A stretch of 64,000 nt of DNA from an uncultured delta proteobacterium (GCA_963713045.1 CAVQKE010000003.1:1120001-1184000), one strand, 5' to 3'; counted from the stretch's first letter, positions 36,429 through 47,462 are shown. Made by a program: numbers and translations. The notes: generated by a model not told the origin, from the letters alone.

Positions 36429-36603
36429 GGACGGGCCTCCGGGACGGGGCACCCCCCGCCAAGGCGACACTCCAGGGGTGTGTACAACGACCCCCCCACA
36501 TCGGTCAACAGGGTGAGCAGAAATTTTCGTCAGAGATAGAAGTGAGCCACAGTCGGCAGCGCGGCCCAGGACGGGCGTCCCACGGTGGGGGACTGGCCAG
36601 CGG

Positions 36604-37872
36604 CTAGAAGTGGCCAGCCAGGGCGAAGGCGACGCCACCCTTGGACGTCGGGCCGACGCCGGCCACCACGTCGGTGTAGCGGTTGGGGTCCTTGCCGCTC
36701 ACCCACCACCAGACGGCGATGCCGGTGGCGGCGACGGCCACCACGGCCGTTCCGGCCGCCACCCACTGCAGCGTTTGAATGCTGTTTTTCGAGTTGTTCG
36801 CCTGGGTGGCGCAGTACTTCGCGCCCTGGGCCGTGCAACTGTCCCAGTTGGCGCTGGCGGTCGGGTTGTTGGCAATGGACGGGGGCTTGGTTTGCGAGCC
36901 GCCCGCGGCGCCGACCAGCCACTGCTGGTAGGCGTAAAAGTCATTGTTGTACTGGTTGTGGAGGTCCACTTCGAGCCAGATGGTGGCGCCAATGGCCAGC
37001 ACCGCGATGCCCGAGGCCACCCAGGCCCCAATCCGCAGCCGTCCATTCTTGTCTTTGTAGGCCGCGGCGTAGTCCGGCGAGGGGATGAGGTCCACGTCCT
37101 CGACGCGCGTCTGGTTCGGTTCAATGCGCACCGAGCGCGTCTGGGCGATGAAGCCGTCCTTGCGAATTTGCACCCGGTGCAGCCCGCGCGACAGGGGCAC
37201 CGCCGCCTTCTGCGGCGTCGAGCCGATGAGGGTGTCGTCGACCAGCACTTCGGCCCCTTCCTCCCGGGTGCGCACCAGGAGGAAGCCCTGCTGGTCGCGC
37301 AGCAGCGGCGACACCAACTCCTGCGCCAGGCCGGGAAGCGCGCTGGCAATTTCCGAGACGCTGGCCACCGGGCCGAGCGTCTTCTGGTTGAGGACCTTCT
37401 GTGTGCTGACGTCGAGGAGGCGAATCTCCACCTGGAACTTGCCGCCGGCACGCGTCAGGCTGCCCACCACGGCATTGTTGGCCCCCAGCGCGCGGCCCAA
37501 TTCCCCGAGGGCGCTCTCGCCCTTGGCGCCGGACAGCTGGCGGGTGCGCTCGAGCGCCAGCAGCTGACGGACGTCGTCGGCGCTCAGCACCTGAAACACG
37601 TCCAAGTCCCGTAGCCCCCGGACGACGTTGATGGTGGCCGCCTGGGCTTCCGGGAGGCCGCCGCCGCGGGCTTCGAGGTCCAGCACCAGCAGCGGGGGCC
37701 GAGCTTGGACGGCCTGCGCCGCGGCGTCGGAGGCGGTGGTGCCCGACTGCGGATGGGACGTCGTCGCCGGGGTGAGGGTGGTGGGCCCGGGGGGCGGGGC
37801 GGTTTTGGCTTGGGCGTGCGCCGCGCCAGAAGCGAGGAGCGTCACGGCGAGGATGACTCGGAACGCATCCAC
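36604..37872 (-). CDS. Secreted PEGA-domain protein
   Basis: Signal peptide ending AHA-Q; TolB-N/CsgG-like alpha/beta segment; PEGA motif GAEVLVDDTLIGSTP..GLHRVQIRKDGF; hydrophobic helices; ends in Phe. Confidence 0.85.
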   Translation of the reverse strand: MDAFRVILAVTLLASGAAHAQAKTAPPPGPTTLTPATTSHPQSGTTASDAAAQAVQARPPLLVLDLEARGGGLPEAQAATINVVRGLRDLDVFQVLSADDVRQLLALERTRQLSGAKGESALGELGRALGANNAVVGSLTRAGGKFQVEIRLLDVSTQKVLNQKTLGPVASVSEIASALPGLAQELVSPLLRDQQGFLLVRTREEGAEVLVDDTLIGSTPQKAAVPLSRGLHRVQIRKDGFIAQTRSVRIEPNQTRVEDVDLIPSPDYAAAYKDKNGRLRIGAWVASGIAVLAIGATIWLEVDLHNQYNNDFYAYQQWLVGAAGGSQTKPPSIANNPTASANWDSCTAQGAKYCATQANNSKNSIQTLQWVAAGTAVVAVAATGIAVWWWVSGKDPNRYTDVVAGVGPTSKGGVAFALAGHF

Positions 37873-38050
37873 GGCTTTCCCCCTTCCCTGGGCGCACCCG
37901 TCGAAAAGTGCGCGCAGGCCCGGCGCTGACGAAACCCCTTCCGGGGACTCTACCCTCACCGCTGTTGGCCTTGCCACGCCAGAAACGGCCCACCTCCAGC
38001 GGGTCAGGGCCGCCCCTCTTTTGCCAAGTCGCCGTGCCGGGCCTTGGGGC

Positions 38051-38842
38051 CTACTCCGCCGAAGGGTCCACCGGCGGCGCGCCGAGGGCGTGGTAGCCAC
38101 CGTCGACGTGCACCATTTCTCCGGTGGTGGAGGGAAACCAGTCCGACAGCAGGGCCACCGCCGTCTTGGCCACGGCGAGATGGTCGTCCTTGGACGACCA
38201 GCCGAGGGGCGCTTGGGTGCCCCAGTTACGTTCCAGCTGCTTGAAGCCGGGAATCCCCTTGGCGGCCACCGTGGCCAGCGGGCCTGCGGCCAGCGCGTTG
38301 ACGCGAATTCGCTTTGGCCCGAGGTCCCTGGCCAAGTAGCGGACGCAGGATTCGAGGGCCGCCTTGCAGACGCCCATCCAGTCGTAAATGGGCCAGGCCA
38401 CGGTGTTGTCAAAGTCCAGGGTGAGGATGCTGCCTCCCTCCGTCATCAGGGGGGCGAGGGCCACGGCCAGCTCCTTCAATGAAAAGGTGGAGACCCGAAA
38501 GGCGGTCTGGACGCTTTCCCAGGGGGTGTGGAGAAAGTTTCCCCCCAGCGCATCGGCCGGGGCGTAGGCCACTGCGTGCAGGGCGCCGTGCACCACCCCC
38601 CATTTTTTCCGCACCGTTTCGGTGAGGGCGCTGAAGTGGGCGGCGTTGGTGACGTCCAGCTCCACCACCTCGGGCGCGGGCGACAGCCGCCGTGCGCTGC
38701 GCTCGGTCAGAGACAGGGCGCGGCCAAAGCCAGTGAGGAGGACTTCGGCCCCCTCGGCGATGGCCATCTCGGCAATGCCGAAGGCCAGCGACTGCGGCGT
38801 CAACACTCCCGTTACCACCAAACGCTTGCCTGAGAGGAGCAT
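38051..38842 (-). CDS. fabI: Enoyl-ACP reductase, InhA-like FabI
   Basis: LSGKRLVVTGV..SLAF, LDVT, YDWMGVCKAALES and VNALAAGP motifs. Confidence 0.92.
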   Translation of the reverse strand: MLLSGKRLVVTGVLTPQSLAFGIAEMAIAEGAEVLLTGFGRALSLTERSARRLSPAPEVVELDVTNAAHFSALTETVRKKWGVVHGALHAVAYAPADALGGNFLHTPWESVQTAFRVSTFSLKELAVALAPLMTEGGSILTLDFDNTVAWPIYDWMGVCKAALESCVRYLARDLGPKRIRVNALAAGPLATVAAKGIPGFKQLERNWGTQAPLGWSSKDDHLAVAKTAVALLSDWFPSTTGEMVHVDGGYHALGAPPVDPSAE

Positions 38843-39088
38843 GAGGGTGCTGGCTGCTTTACCACCGCCCGGGCCTCTGTAGGGGCGTAGGGGGCCAGCA
38901 CCAACCGTGTAGCAGTGCTGAGGCATGCCCAGGAAATGCCCGGGCTCTGGCGCAGCACGCCCAGGAGTGGTGAATTTGGATGTGGGAGCCCGCCCGGGCA
39001 GGTGAGGGCGCAGCATAGAAGCCATGCGCCCCGAAAACTGGCTCTCGGCCCAATCTTCGGCGTTAAGGACTTTGTCTCAAACTACCCT

Positions 39089-41956
39089 ATGGCCATTCAG
39101 GACAGCTTCCTCAGCGGGGCCAACATCGACTTCATCGAGGGCCTCTACGCGCGATGGCTCGAGAACCCGAGCAGCGTTGACAGTAGCTGGCGCGAACTTT
39201 TCCAGCGCTCGGGCGGCGGACGCCCGCTGACTGGCGACCGCCCAGCAACCAATGGGCACCCGCTGCAGCCCACCGTCGGACGCGGCGGCAATGGAGCGCC
39301 GGCGGTGACCCTTGCCGTGGCCGCCCCCGGCGTCTCCGCCGCGGACATGGGCCTTCAGGCGCGGGTCGACCAGACCCTCTACGCCTTTCGGCTGAGAGGC
39401 CACCTTTTGGCCCAACTCGACCCGCTGGGGCGTCCCCGCCCGCCGCTGGAACACGCCGCGGACTTGGCGATGGTGACCGACCAGGCGTTTAGCGAAGCCG
39501 AGCTGGAGCAGGTGGTGGACGGCAACGGCGTTTTCGCCGAGGGGCGGCGGGTCCGGCTGCGGGACTTGTTGGACCGGCTCCGCCGCACCTACTGCGGCCA
39601 CATCGGCGTCGAGTTTATGACGCTGCTCGACAGCGAACGGCGGCGCTGGCTGATGCCGCGGATGGAGCACACCGCCAACCGGGCCAACCTGACCACCGCC
39701 GAGCAGCGCCGAATTCTCGAGAAGCTGACCATTGCGCAAACCTTCGAGTCCTTCATCCACACCAAGTACCAGGGCGCGAAGCGCTTCAGCCTCGACGGCG
39801 GCGAGAGTCTGATTCCGATGCTCGACACGCTGCTGGAGTTGGGGGGCGAGCTGGGAGTCACCGAGGTGGTCATCGGGATGGCCCACCGCGGCCGCCTCAA
39901 CGTGCTGGCCAACGTTTTGGGGAAGAGCCCCGACCAAATTTTCAGCGAGTTCAACGGGCCGTCCGACCCGCGCAGCTACGTCAGCCGGGGCGACGTCAAG
40001 TACCACATGGGCTTCTCCTCGGACTTCACCACCAGCCAGGACAAGCGCATTCACCTGAGCCTCGCCTTCAACCCGAGTCACCTGGAATTCGTCTTCCCGG
40101 TGGTCGAGGGCCGCGTCCGGGCGAAACAGACGCGGCTGGGGACGGCCGACCGGCGCCGTCAGGCGATGCCGCTGGTCCTGCACGGCGACGCCTCGATGGC
40201 CGGAGAGGGCGTGGTGGCCGAGACGCTCAACCTCTCACGGCTGCGCGGCTACGACACCGGAGGCACGGTGCACCTGGTGGTGAACAACCAGCTTGGGTAC
40301 ACCACCTGTCCGGAGGACGGCCGCAGCAGCATCTACCCCACCGCGGTGGCACAGATGCTGGACATCCCCATCTTCCACGTGAATGGCGACGACCCGGAAG
40401 CCTGCGTCCACGTGATGCGGCTGGCCACTGAATACCGCCAGCAATTCCAAAGCGACGTGGTGGTGGACCTGGTGTGCTACCGACGCTACGGCCACAACGA
40501 GGGCGATGAGCCGAGCTACACCCAGCCGCTGATGTACGAGCAAATCAGGAGCCATGCCCCGGTGGGCCGGGTGTACGCCGAGGAGCTGGAGAAGAAGGGC
40601 CGCCTCAGCGCCGCGGACGCCCAAGCCATTCGCGAGGAGGCCAAACAGCATTTCCAGAGCGCCTACCTGCGGGCCAAGGAGAAGTCGCAGCTGGCCGACC
40701 CCTCGGCCAACGAGGGGGTCTGGAAGGGCTTCCGCGGCGGCCCGGAGAAGGGCGTGCAGGAGGTGGCGACGGCCATCTCTCGCGAGCGCGCCGCCTCCCT
40801 GCTGCTGCACCTGTCCCGGGTGCCGGAGGGCTTCACCCCGCTTCGGCAGATGTCGAAAATTCTCGAACGCCGGGGACAAATGGCCCGCGGCGACCTGCCG
40901 CTCGACTGGGGCAGCGCCGAAAACCTCACCTACGCCTCGCTGCTGACAGAGAAGGTGCACGTCCGGCTCACCGGGCAGGACACCGAGCGCGGCACCTTCG
41001 GTCACCGCAACGCCGTCCTCCACGATGCCCGCACCGGCGCCACCTACACCGCGCTCACCAACATCGAGCCGGGCCAAGCCCTGTTTGAGGTGTACAACAG
41101 CCCGCTGTCGGAGACGGGGTGCATCGGGTACGAATTTGGCTACTCGCTCGACTACCCGGACGCGCTGGTGCTGTGGGAGGCGCAGTTCGGCGACTTCGCC
41201 AACGTGGCTCAAGTCATCATCGACCAATTCATCGTCGCCGCCGAAACCAAGTGGCGTCGGCTGTCGGGCCTGGTGCTGCTGCTTCCCCACGGCTACGAGG
41301 GGGCTGGGCCCGAGCACTCCAGCGCTCGGCTGGAGCGTTTCCTCGACATGGCCGCCGAGGACAACATCCAGGTCTCCCAGCCGACCACCGCGGCGCAGCT
41401 CTTCCATCTGTTGCGGCGCCAAGCGCTCCTCGGCTGGCGGAAGCCGCTGGTGGTGATGACGCCCAAAAGCTTGCTTCGGCGCGAGGAGGCAGCGAGCCCC
41501 CTGGAAGCCTTCACCGAGGGCGGCTGGCAGCGCGTCGTTCCGGACCCCGAGGCAACTGACCCAGCCAGCGTCACGCGGCTTCTGTTGTGCAGCGGAAAGG
41601 TGGCCTTCGACTTGATGGCCCACCGGACCCAGACTCCAGACCCCAGCGTCGCCATCGCGCGGGTGGAGCAGCTGTACCCGGTGCCCCGGGCCCAGCTGGA
41701 GGCGCAGGTGAAGCGCTACCCCGCGCTGCGCGAACTCATCTGGGTGCAGGAGGAGCCGCGCAACATGGGCGCCTGGCGCTTCATGCGTTCCCACCTGGCA
41801 GAGTTGGCGGAGACGGCGGCCCAGCCAGTCAGCGTCCGTTACGTCGGCCGGGCGGAGAGCCCCAGCCCGGCAACCGGCTTTCTCAAGACGCATGAGCTGG
41901 AGCAACACCAGCTGGTGGAAGAGGCATTTGCGCGGGGGACTGCCAATGGCCGTTGA
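39089..41956 (+). CDS. sucA: 2-oxoglutarate dehydrogenase E1
   Basis: [28 protein letters not shown] (TPP binding), [16 protein letters not shown] and [13 protein letters not shown] motifs. Confidence 0.98.
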   Translation: MAIQDSFLSGANIDFIEGLYARWLENPSSVDSSWRELFQRSGGGRPLTGDRPATNGHPLQPTVGRGGNGAPAVTLAVAAPGVSAADMGLQARVDQTLYAFRLRGHLLAQLDPLGRPRPPLEHAADLAMVTDQAFSEAELEQVVDGNGVFAEGRRVRLRDLLDRLRRTYCGHIGVEFMTLLDSERRRWLMPRMEHTANRANLTTAEQRRILEKLTIAQTFESFIHTKYQGAKRFSLDGGESLIPMLDTLLELGGELGVTEVVIGMAHRGRLNVLANVLGKSPDQIFSEFNGPSDPRSYVSRGDVKYHMGFSSDFTTSQDKRIHLSLAFNPSHLEFVFPVVEGRVRAKQTRLGTADRRRQAMPLVLHGDASMAGEGVVAETLNLSRLRGYDTGGTVHLVVNNQLGYTTCPEDGRSSIYPTAVAQMLDIPIFHVNGDDPEACVHVMRLATEYRQQFQSDVVVDLVCYRRYGHNEGDEPSYTQPLMYEQIRSHAPVGRVYAEELEKKGRLSAADAQAIREEAKQHFQSAYLRAKEKSQLADPSANEGVWKGFRGGPEKGVQEVATAISRERAASLLLHLSRVPEGFTPLRQMSKILERRGQMARGDLPLDWGSAENLTYASLLTEKVHVRLTGQDTERGTFGHRNAVLHDARTGATYTALTNIEPGQALFEVYNSPLSETGCIGYEFGYSLDYPDALVLWEAQFGDFANVAQVIIDQFIVAAETKWRRLSGLVLLLPHGYEGAGPEHSSARLERFLDMAAEDNIQVSQPTTAAQLFHLLRRQALLGWRKPLVVMTPKSLLRREEAASPLEAFTEGGWQRVVPDPEATDPASVTRLLLCSGKVAFDLMAHRTQTPDPSVAIARVEQLYPVPRAQLEAQVKRYPALRELIWVQEEPRNMGAWRFMRSHLAELAETAAQPVSVRYVGRAESPSPATGFLKTHELEQHQLVEEAFARGTANGR

Positions 41957-43232
41957 ACTCACCGTCCCGGCACTGGGCGAGTCCATCACCGAGGCGGTGG
42001 TGGGCAAATGGCACAAGAAGGTGGGCGACCCGGTCGCGGTGGACGAACCGGTGGTGGTGCTGGAGACGGACAAGGTCACCATCGACGTCGCCGCCCCCAC
42101 CGCCGGTGCGCTCTCCTCCATCTCCCACGCCGAGGGAGACCGGGTGAAAATTGGGGACGTCCTCGGCACCATCGCCAGCGGAGCCGGCGCCCAAGCGCCC
42201 CGGCCGGCCGCAGCCGTCGCCGCCCCGAAGCCGCCCCAGCCAGCGCCGGTCGCGGCCGCAGCCTCCCCCAGCCCGCCCAAGGCAGCCCCCCTCCGCGCGG
42301 CGCCGGCATCTGCCGAGGCAGTGCTGCCGTCGGGCAACGGCCGGCAACCTCCGCTGTCCCCGGTGGCGCGAAAGATGGCCGAGGACGCCGGGCTGGACCC
42401 GGGCTCGCTGCATGGCAGTGGCATCTCCGGACGGGTGACGAAGGACGACGTCCTCACCGTCCTGGAAGGCGGAAAGTCCTCTGCGCCAGTGCCGTCCCCC
42501 GCTGCAGTCCCCGCTGGCCCGCAGGCCAACGCCGCCCGTGAGGAGCGGGTGAAGATGACGCCCTTGCGCAAGCGCGTCGCCGAACGCCTGCTTCAGGCCC
42601 AGTCCAGCGCCGCCATCCTCACCACCTTCAATGAAGTCGACATGAGCGCCGTCCTGGCGCTGCGCAAGACGTACGGGGAGCGCTTCCTGGCCCGGCACGG
42701 CACCAAGCTTGGCTTCATGGGCTTCTTCGTCCGCGCCGTGGTGGATGCGCTGAAAGCCTTTCCGCTCGTCAATTCGGAGATTGACGGCGACGAGATTGTC
42801 CTCAAGCGCTACTACGACATTGGCGTGGCCGTCTCCGGCAGCCGCGGCCTGGTGGTGCCCGTCCTGCGCGACGCCGATGCCCTCAGCATGGGCGACATCG
42901 AAAAACGCATCGCTGAACTCGGCAACCGCGCGCGAACCGACAAGCTGACGCTGGCCGAGTTGCAGGGAGGCACCTTCACCATCAGCAATGGCGGCATTTT
43001 TGGTTCCATGCTGAGCACCCCCATTGTCAACCCGCCACAGACGGCCATCCTCGGGATGCACAACATCGTCGAGCGCCCGGTGGCCCGGGAGGGGCAAGTC
43101 GTCATTCGCCCCGTCATGTACCTGGCCCTCTCCTACGACCATCGGCTGATTGATGGCCGAGAAGCAGTGCAATTCCTGGTCCGCATTAAAGAATGCATCG
43201 AGGACCCGGAGCGCCTTTTACTCGAAGTGTGA
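41946..43232 (+). CDS. sucB: 2-oxoglutarate dehydrogenase E2, dihydrolipoamide succinyltransferase
   Basis: Lipoyl motif ETDKV; E3-binding segment [22 protein letters not shown] and SYDHRLIDG motifs. Confidence 0.98.
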   Translation: MAVELTVPALGESITEAVVGKWHKKVGDPVAVDEPVVVLETDKVTIDVAAPTAGALSSISHAEGDRVKIGDVLGTIASGAGAQAPRPAAAVAAPKPPQPAPVAAAASPSPPKAAPLRAAPASAEAVLPSGNGRQPPLSPVARKMAEDAGLDPGSLHGSGISGRVTKDDVLTVLEGGKSSAPVPSPAAVPAGPQANAAREERVKMTPLRKRVAERLLQAQSSAAILTTFNEVDMSAVLALRKTYGERFLARHGTKLGFMGFFVRAVVDALKAFPLVNSEIDGDEIVLKRYYDIGVAVSGSRGLVVPVLRDADALSMGDIEKRIAELGNRARTDKLTLAELQGGTFTISNGGIFGSMLSTPIVNPPQTAILGMHNIVERPVAREGQVVIRPVMYLALSYDHRLIDGREAVQFLVRIKECIEDPERLLLEV

Positions 43233-43268
43233 CGTCGCGGGGCCTTCGCCCTCGGGCAAGGCACCGTC

Positions 43269-43715
43269 TTAGAGGTCCACGTCGTAGACCCGCTGCTGCT
43301 TCTTCAGACGAAAGCCGTTTTTCTCGTAGAAGCGGGCCGCCTCCGTCCGCTCCACGCGCGTCCGGACGCGCAGCCGCTTCATCCCCTGGCCGACCGCCCA
43401 ACTTCGCGCGGCAGCCAGAAGTGCCGAGCCCACGCCGTAGCCCCGCTGGGAGGCCTCCACCACCAGCCCGGAGACTTCGGCCCAACCCCTGCCGTCCTGC
43501 ACCGCGTGGCGGACGCCGGCTTCCAGCCAGCCCACCACCGCCGTGTCGAGGAGGGCGACCAGGAGGCATTGGCTGGCCTCGGTGCGATGCCGCTCAAGGT
43601 GGGCCAGCACCTGCGACGCCGTCACCTCATCGCCCAGCTGCCGGCAGAGCGTGGCCAAGGCGGGCGCGTCCATCGCCTCGGCCCGACGAATTGCAATGGA
43701 TGGCTTCACTTCCAC
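43269..43715 (-). CDS. GNAT-family N-acetyltransferase
   Basis: [17 protein letters not shown] (motif A) and [10 protein letters not shown]. Confidence 0.9.
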   Translation of the reverse strand: MEVKPSIAIRRAEAMDAPALATLCRQLGDEVTASQVLAHLERHRTEASQCLLVALLDTAVVGWLEAGVRHAVQDGRGWAEVSGLVVEASQRGYGVGSALLAAARSWAVGQGMKRLRVRTRVERTEAARFYEKNGFRLKKQQRVYDVDL

Positions 43716-43911
43716 TCCTTCCGGGGAGCGGCTGCCACGTATTTGTCACGACGCAGCGCGCTGCAAAGTGCACCGAATGCATGCGTGCATGGACAGCTGT
43801 CGAGAGAGCTTTACTTCAACCTTATGTCTCCATAAAAAAGCGCCCGCCTCCGACCGTGGAGACCACGCGGCGCTTTCAGCCGTGGTGTTGAGAAGGAATA
43901 AGAGACACGAG

Positions 43912-44115
43912 ATGGCAACTGGTACCGTGAAGTGGTTCAACGATGCGAAGGGCTTTGGTTTCATCACACAGGATGGGGGCGGGGAGGATGTCTTCTGCCA
44001 CCACACTGCCATCCAGTCAGAGGGCTTCCGCACCCTGGCTGAGGGTCAGAAGGTGGAGTTCGACGTGGCCCGCGGCCCGAAGGGGCTGCAGGCTCAGAAC
44101 GTCAAGCCCATTTAA
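43912..44115 (+). CDS. Cold-shock protein (CspA family)
   Basis: [15 protein letters not shown] (RNP1) and DVFCHH (RNP2); AAGGA SD upstream. Confidence 0.97.
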   Translation: MATGTVKWFNDAKGFGFITQDGGGEDVFCHHTAIQSEGFRTLAEGQKVEFDVARGPKGLQAQNVKPI

Positions 44116-44150
44116 GCAGCGGTCCAAGCAGTCCCGGAAGCGTCGGGGGA

Positions 44151-44190
44151 CCCGGCTCCGCAGCCCCCAGAGCGGAGCCGGGGCTCTCCT
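44151..44190 (+). terminator. Probable terminator hairpin after the csp gene
   Basis: Perfect 11-bp stem CCCGGCTCCGC/GCGGAGCCGGG with a 10-nt loop and a pyrimidine-rich tail. Confidence 0.65.
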
Positions 44191-44413
44191 GTGCGGCGTC
44201 CCGCCGTCAGCCTCCGGGGCCGTGCTGTCCGCGGCACGGGCGCCACCGCTTCGTGTGGGGAGGGTGGGTTTCGCCCCGCCCTGGCGGGTGCCCCCGCTGT
44301 GGTGGCATTTCGTCTCACTTGGAAGGCGCCCGCCGGCCTGGGCCGTTCGCCCTGCCCGCAACTTCGGCGCCCGTTCCCGGGTTGTCTCCTTCGGAAAAGG
44401 AGTACGCCCTTTG

Positions 44414-44641
44414 ATGCGGAACTTGAGGCTTCCCGTCCTTGCAGTCCTTTTGGCCGGTGCCATTTTCGGCTGCGCGACACCCCAACCCGTCGCCGCCCAC
44501 CCGCCACCGTGCCCGAGTGCCGCGTGGGTGGAAGGGCACTACGGCCCCTACGGGCACTGGCACCCTGGGCATTGGGTGTGCCCTGCGGTGGTGGTGGCGC
44601 CGCCGCGAGCGCCCCCGGCGGTCATCGTCACCGGGCAGTGA
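44414..44641 (+). CDS. Small lipoprotein with WxxGxW-type repeats
   Basis: SD AAGGAG; lipobox IFG-C; WVEGHY..HWHPGHW flanked by two Cys; the in-frame TTG at 44411 is an alternative start. Confidence 0.75.
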   Translation: MRNLRLPVLAVLLAGAIFGCATPQPVAAHPPPCPSAAWVEGHYGPYGHWHPGHWVCPAVVVAPPRAPPAVIVTGQ

Positions 44642-46862
44642 CCGGACTCGGCACCGGTGCGGCCGGTGTCGCCAGGTGGGCCTTCAGGAAGTCCAACTCC
44701 AGCTGGTGCAGGCGCTCCGTCACCTGTGGGTCGGCCACCATGTGGGTGAAGCCAGACAGGGGGACGAAGTCGAACTGCAGGCGCCCGGCGCGGAACAGCG
44801 CGTTCACCAGCTTGAGGGAGTGGAAGAAGTAGACGTTGTCGTCTGACGTCCCATGGAGAAGCAGCAACGGCCGCTGGAGGTTGGCGGCCAGGCCGAGGAG
44901 GCTGTTGCGCGCGTAGACGGCGTCCGCCGCGGGGGGGATGCCGAGGTAGCGCTCGGTGTAGTGCGTGTCGTAGTCGAGCCAGTCCACCACCGGGGCGCCC
45001 GCCACCGAGGCGTGGAAGACATCCGGGCGCTTGAGGACGGCCAGCGCCGCGAGGTAGCCGCCAAACGACCATCCGGTGATGCCCACGCGCGAGAGGTCCA
45101 TCTCCGGGACAACGGCGGCCAGGGCCTTCAGCGCGGCCACTTGGTCATCAAGAATGAGGCCCGAAAAGTCATCCTTGATGGCCCTTTCCCAAGCCCGTCC
45201 CCGGCGCGGCGTCCCGCGTCCGTCGAAGGCCACGACGAGGAAGCCCTGGTCCGCCAGCCACTGCTGGAGGAGGTAGCCGCGAGGGCCGGCCCTGACAATG
45301 TTGAAGTGGGGGCCCCCGTAGCAGTCCACCAGCACCGGCAACTTCTTGCCGGCTGTGGCGCCCCGCGGACGGATGACTGCTGTCCAAAAGTGGAGCTCTC
45401 CCACTTGCCGATACTCCACCCGGGACATGAAGGGCGGGGCCATCGCCACCGAGGGAAGCCGGCCAAGCGTCCTGCCGGTGCGGTCTCTCACCAGCCAGAA
45501 GACGTCGCCGTTGGGCTCCTCGGAGGTGAAGAGCTGCACGCTGCCGTCCTCTGACAGTGCCAACGTTTGCGCCGTGCGCTCGCTTCCGCCGGGAATCAGC
45601 CGCTCTGGCTGCCCTCCGGCCCGCACCCGCATGGCCACCGTGTCTGGCGCCTGGGGCGAGGCAACGAAGTACAGCGTTTTCTCCCGCGCGTCGTAGCCCG
45701 AAAGCCACACCAAGTGTTCGGCCCCCTTCACCCAAATGTCCTTCAGCGCGCCATCCACCCCGTGGAATTCGACTTCCCACGCCCCGCTGCGCTCGGACAG
45801 CCAGAAAAAGCCCGAGCCGTCGTCGAGCCAAGTGGGCAGGTCTTCGCCGGGTGGCAGGTTGAGCCAGGCGGGGTCCCTTTCGGACAGCAGCACCCGAGTC
45901 GCACCGGTGCTGGTGTCCACCGCGAGCAAGTTCTCTTCGGTCTGCGGGCGATTCTGCACCAGCACCGTCAGCGGACCATGCTTGGGCCACACCACACGCG
46001 CCAGGTAGGGGAATTTCTCTCGGTCCCAGTCCACCCAAATGGTGGAGCCGCCGGCGGACGCCACCACGCCGAGGCGCACCTTGGCGTTGGCCTTCCCCGG
46101 GCGCGGGTAAGGAAAGCTGTTGGCTGGCTGCTCGGGCCGGGCCGGGTCCTGGATGGTGAAGGTCTCCACCTCCCGCGTGTCCGACTCCTCGTAGGCCAGG
46201 GACTTGCCGTCCGGGGACCACCAGAAGCCGCGGAAGCGATGCATCTCCTCCTCGGCGACGAATTCGGCCAGGCCGTGGGTGAAGCGCTCGCTGCCCCCAG
46301 TCGTCAGTTGGCGCGACTTGCCGCTGGCGATGTCCAAGACGTGCAGGTCAAAGTCCTTGACGTACGCCAGCTGCGTGCCGTCCGGAGACAAAACAGGGTT
46401 GAGGACCCCCTGGACGCCGAGGGCGCGGGAGCTGTCGTCGACGGGCTTGCCGGCGGTGAGGGCGCGGATGTCCACCAGATAGACGCGGCCGGAGAGCACC
46501 GTGACCAACGTCTTTCCGTCTTGAGACAATTCGAAGCCAGTGAAGCCTCGCGCACTAATCCGCTTCCGCTCGAGCGCCGCGCGTTCGGCGACGCTCAGCT
46601 GCTGTTCAGCGCCCTTCAGCAACGCTTCGGCTGTCAGAAGCTGCTCGGTCTTCCCGGTGGCGACGTCGAAGGCGTACAGCGACTGCACCGGGGAGGTGGC
46701 CTCTGAACGCAGAAAGAGGACCCAACGGCCGTCGGCGGTGGCCCTCACCTGCTTCGGCATCCCTTGGGTGAAGGCGCGGGTTCGGGCGTAGAGCCCGAGG
46801 AAACCGTCGTCGGGGGGTGTGGCTGAGGCAGTCAGCAAGCTCAAAAGCATGGGTGTCAGCAT
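44628..46862 (-). CDS. S9B dipeptidyl-peptidase IV family protein
   Basis: AEEEM, YPRPG, YGGP, GWSFGG (catalytic Ser), DDNV and FTHM motifs. Confidence 0.95.
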   Translation of the reverse strand: MLTPMLLSLLTASATPPDDGFLGLYARTRAFTQGMPKQVRATADGRWVLFLRSEATSPVQSLYAFDVATGKTEQLLTAEALLKGAEQQLSVAERAALERKRISARGFTGFELSQDGKTLVTVLSGRVYLVDIRALTAGKPVDDSSRALGVQGVLNPVLSPDGTQLAYVKDFDLHVLDIASGKSRQLTTGGSERFTHGLAEFVAEEEMHRFRGFWWSPDGKSLAYEESDTREVETFTIQDPARPEQPANSFPYPRPGKANAKVRLGVVASAGGSTIWVDWDREKFPYLARVVWPKHGPLTVLVQNRPQTEENLLAVDTSTGATRVLLSERDPAWLNLPPGEDLPTWLDDGSGFFWLSERSGAWEVEFHGVDGALKDIWVKGAEHLVWLSGYDAREKTLYFVASPQAPDTVAMRVRAGGQPERLIPGGSERTAQTLALSEDGSVQLFTSEEPNGDVFWLVRDRTGRTLGRLPSVAMAPPFMSRVEYRQVGELHFWTAVIRPRGATAGKKLPVLVDCYGGPHFNIVRAGPRGYLLQQWLADQGFLVVAFDGRGTPRRGRAWERAIKDDFSGLILDDQVAALKALAAVVPEMDLSRVGITGWSFGGYLAALAVLKRPDVFHASVAGAPVVDWLDYDTHYTERYLGIPPAADAVYARNSLLGLAANLQRPLLLLHGTSDDNVYFFHSLKLVNALFRAGRLQFDFVPLSGFTHMVADPQVTERLHQLELDFLKAHLATPAAPVPSPVTAR

Positions 46863-46931
46863 CGGGGTCCAAAGAGGGAATAGCCTGGTGGCGCCGGGGC
46901 AAGCCAGCCCGAAGACAGAGGAAGCCTTTTT

Positions 46932-47462
46932 TTGCGCAACTCGACCGCCGCGCTGGTGCTGTTGGTGTCGGCGGCCCTGGGCATTGCCGCCGGCCTGGTG
47001 GCCGTGCGCAGAGAGCGCTTGGAAGCGGTGGGGGAGGCGCGACAGCGGGCCGCCGAGGCGCACTTGGCCGACGTCGCCCGCTGCCTCACCCTTGTCCGAT
47101 GGACACTCGACCCGACGCCGGAGGGCGGCGGCGTGGTGCGCGCCGAAATCCTCCCCGGGCGCGAGGGCCGCGTGGCGCTCGACGCGCACGGGGGCCGCGG
47201 GGTGGAGGACGTCCTGGTGCCGGAGCTTCAAACCGCGCGGCTGTTGCCGACGCCGGTGCAGGCCGGCGTGGCCGTGGTCCTAGAACGTCGGCTGCGCCGG
47301 GTGCGCCCCGGGGAGGCGGAGGACTTGGCGCTGCGCTTCAGCTGCCTGCCACCTGGGCCCCAGGGCACGTTCGGCACCATCGAATACGACACCGCTGTCA
47401 GCACCCAAGTGCCAGACGGCTTCGGCGGGCTGGTGCGGCCGTTGCCGCAGCCGTCTCGCTAA
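46932..47462 (+). CDS. Hypothetical membrane-anchored protein
   Basis: N-terminal hydrophobic helix; the ORF fills the gap between neighbours; TTG start uncertain. Confidence 0.6.
   Translation: MRNSTAALVLLVSAALGIAAGLVAVRRERLEAVGEARQRAAEAHLADVARCLTLVRWTLDPTPEGGGVVRAEILPGREGRVALDAHGGRGVEDVLVPELQTARLLPTPVQAGVAVVLERRLRRVRPGEAEDLALRFSCLPPGPQGTFGTIEYDTAVSTQVPDGFGGLVRPLPQPSR

Noticed and set aside
40235..42571. 778-aa minus-strand ORF and many similar long antisense ORFs (e.g. 27130-29004, 14179-15741, 54355-56217)
   Set aside because: Shadow frames opposite well-supported genes, expected from high-GC codon bias; no motifs.
39089..43232. sucA-sucB without an adjacent lpdA
   Set aside because: A shared E3 encoded elsewhere is common.
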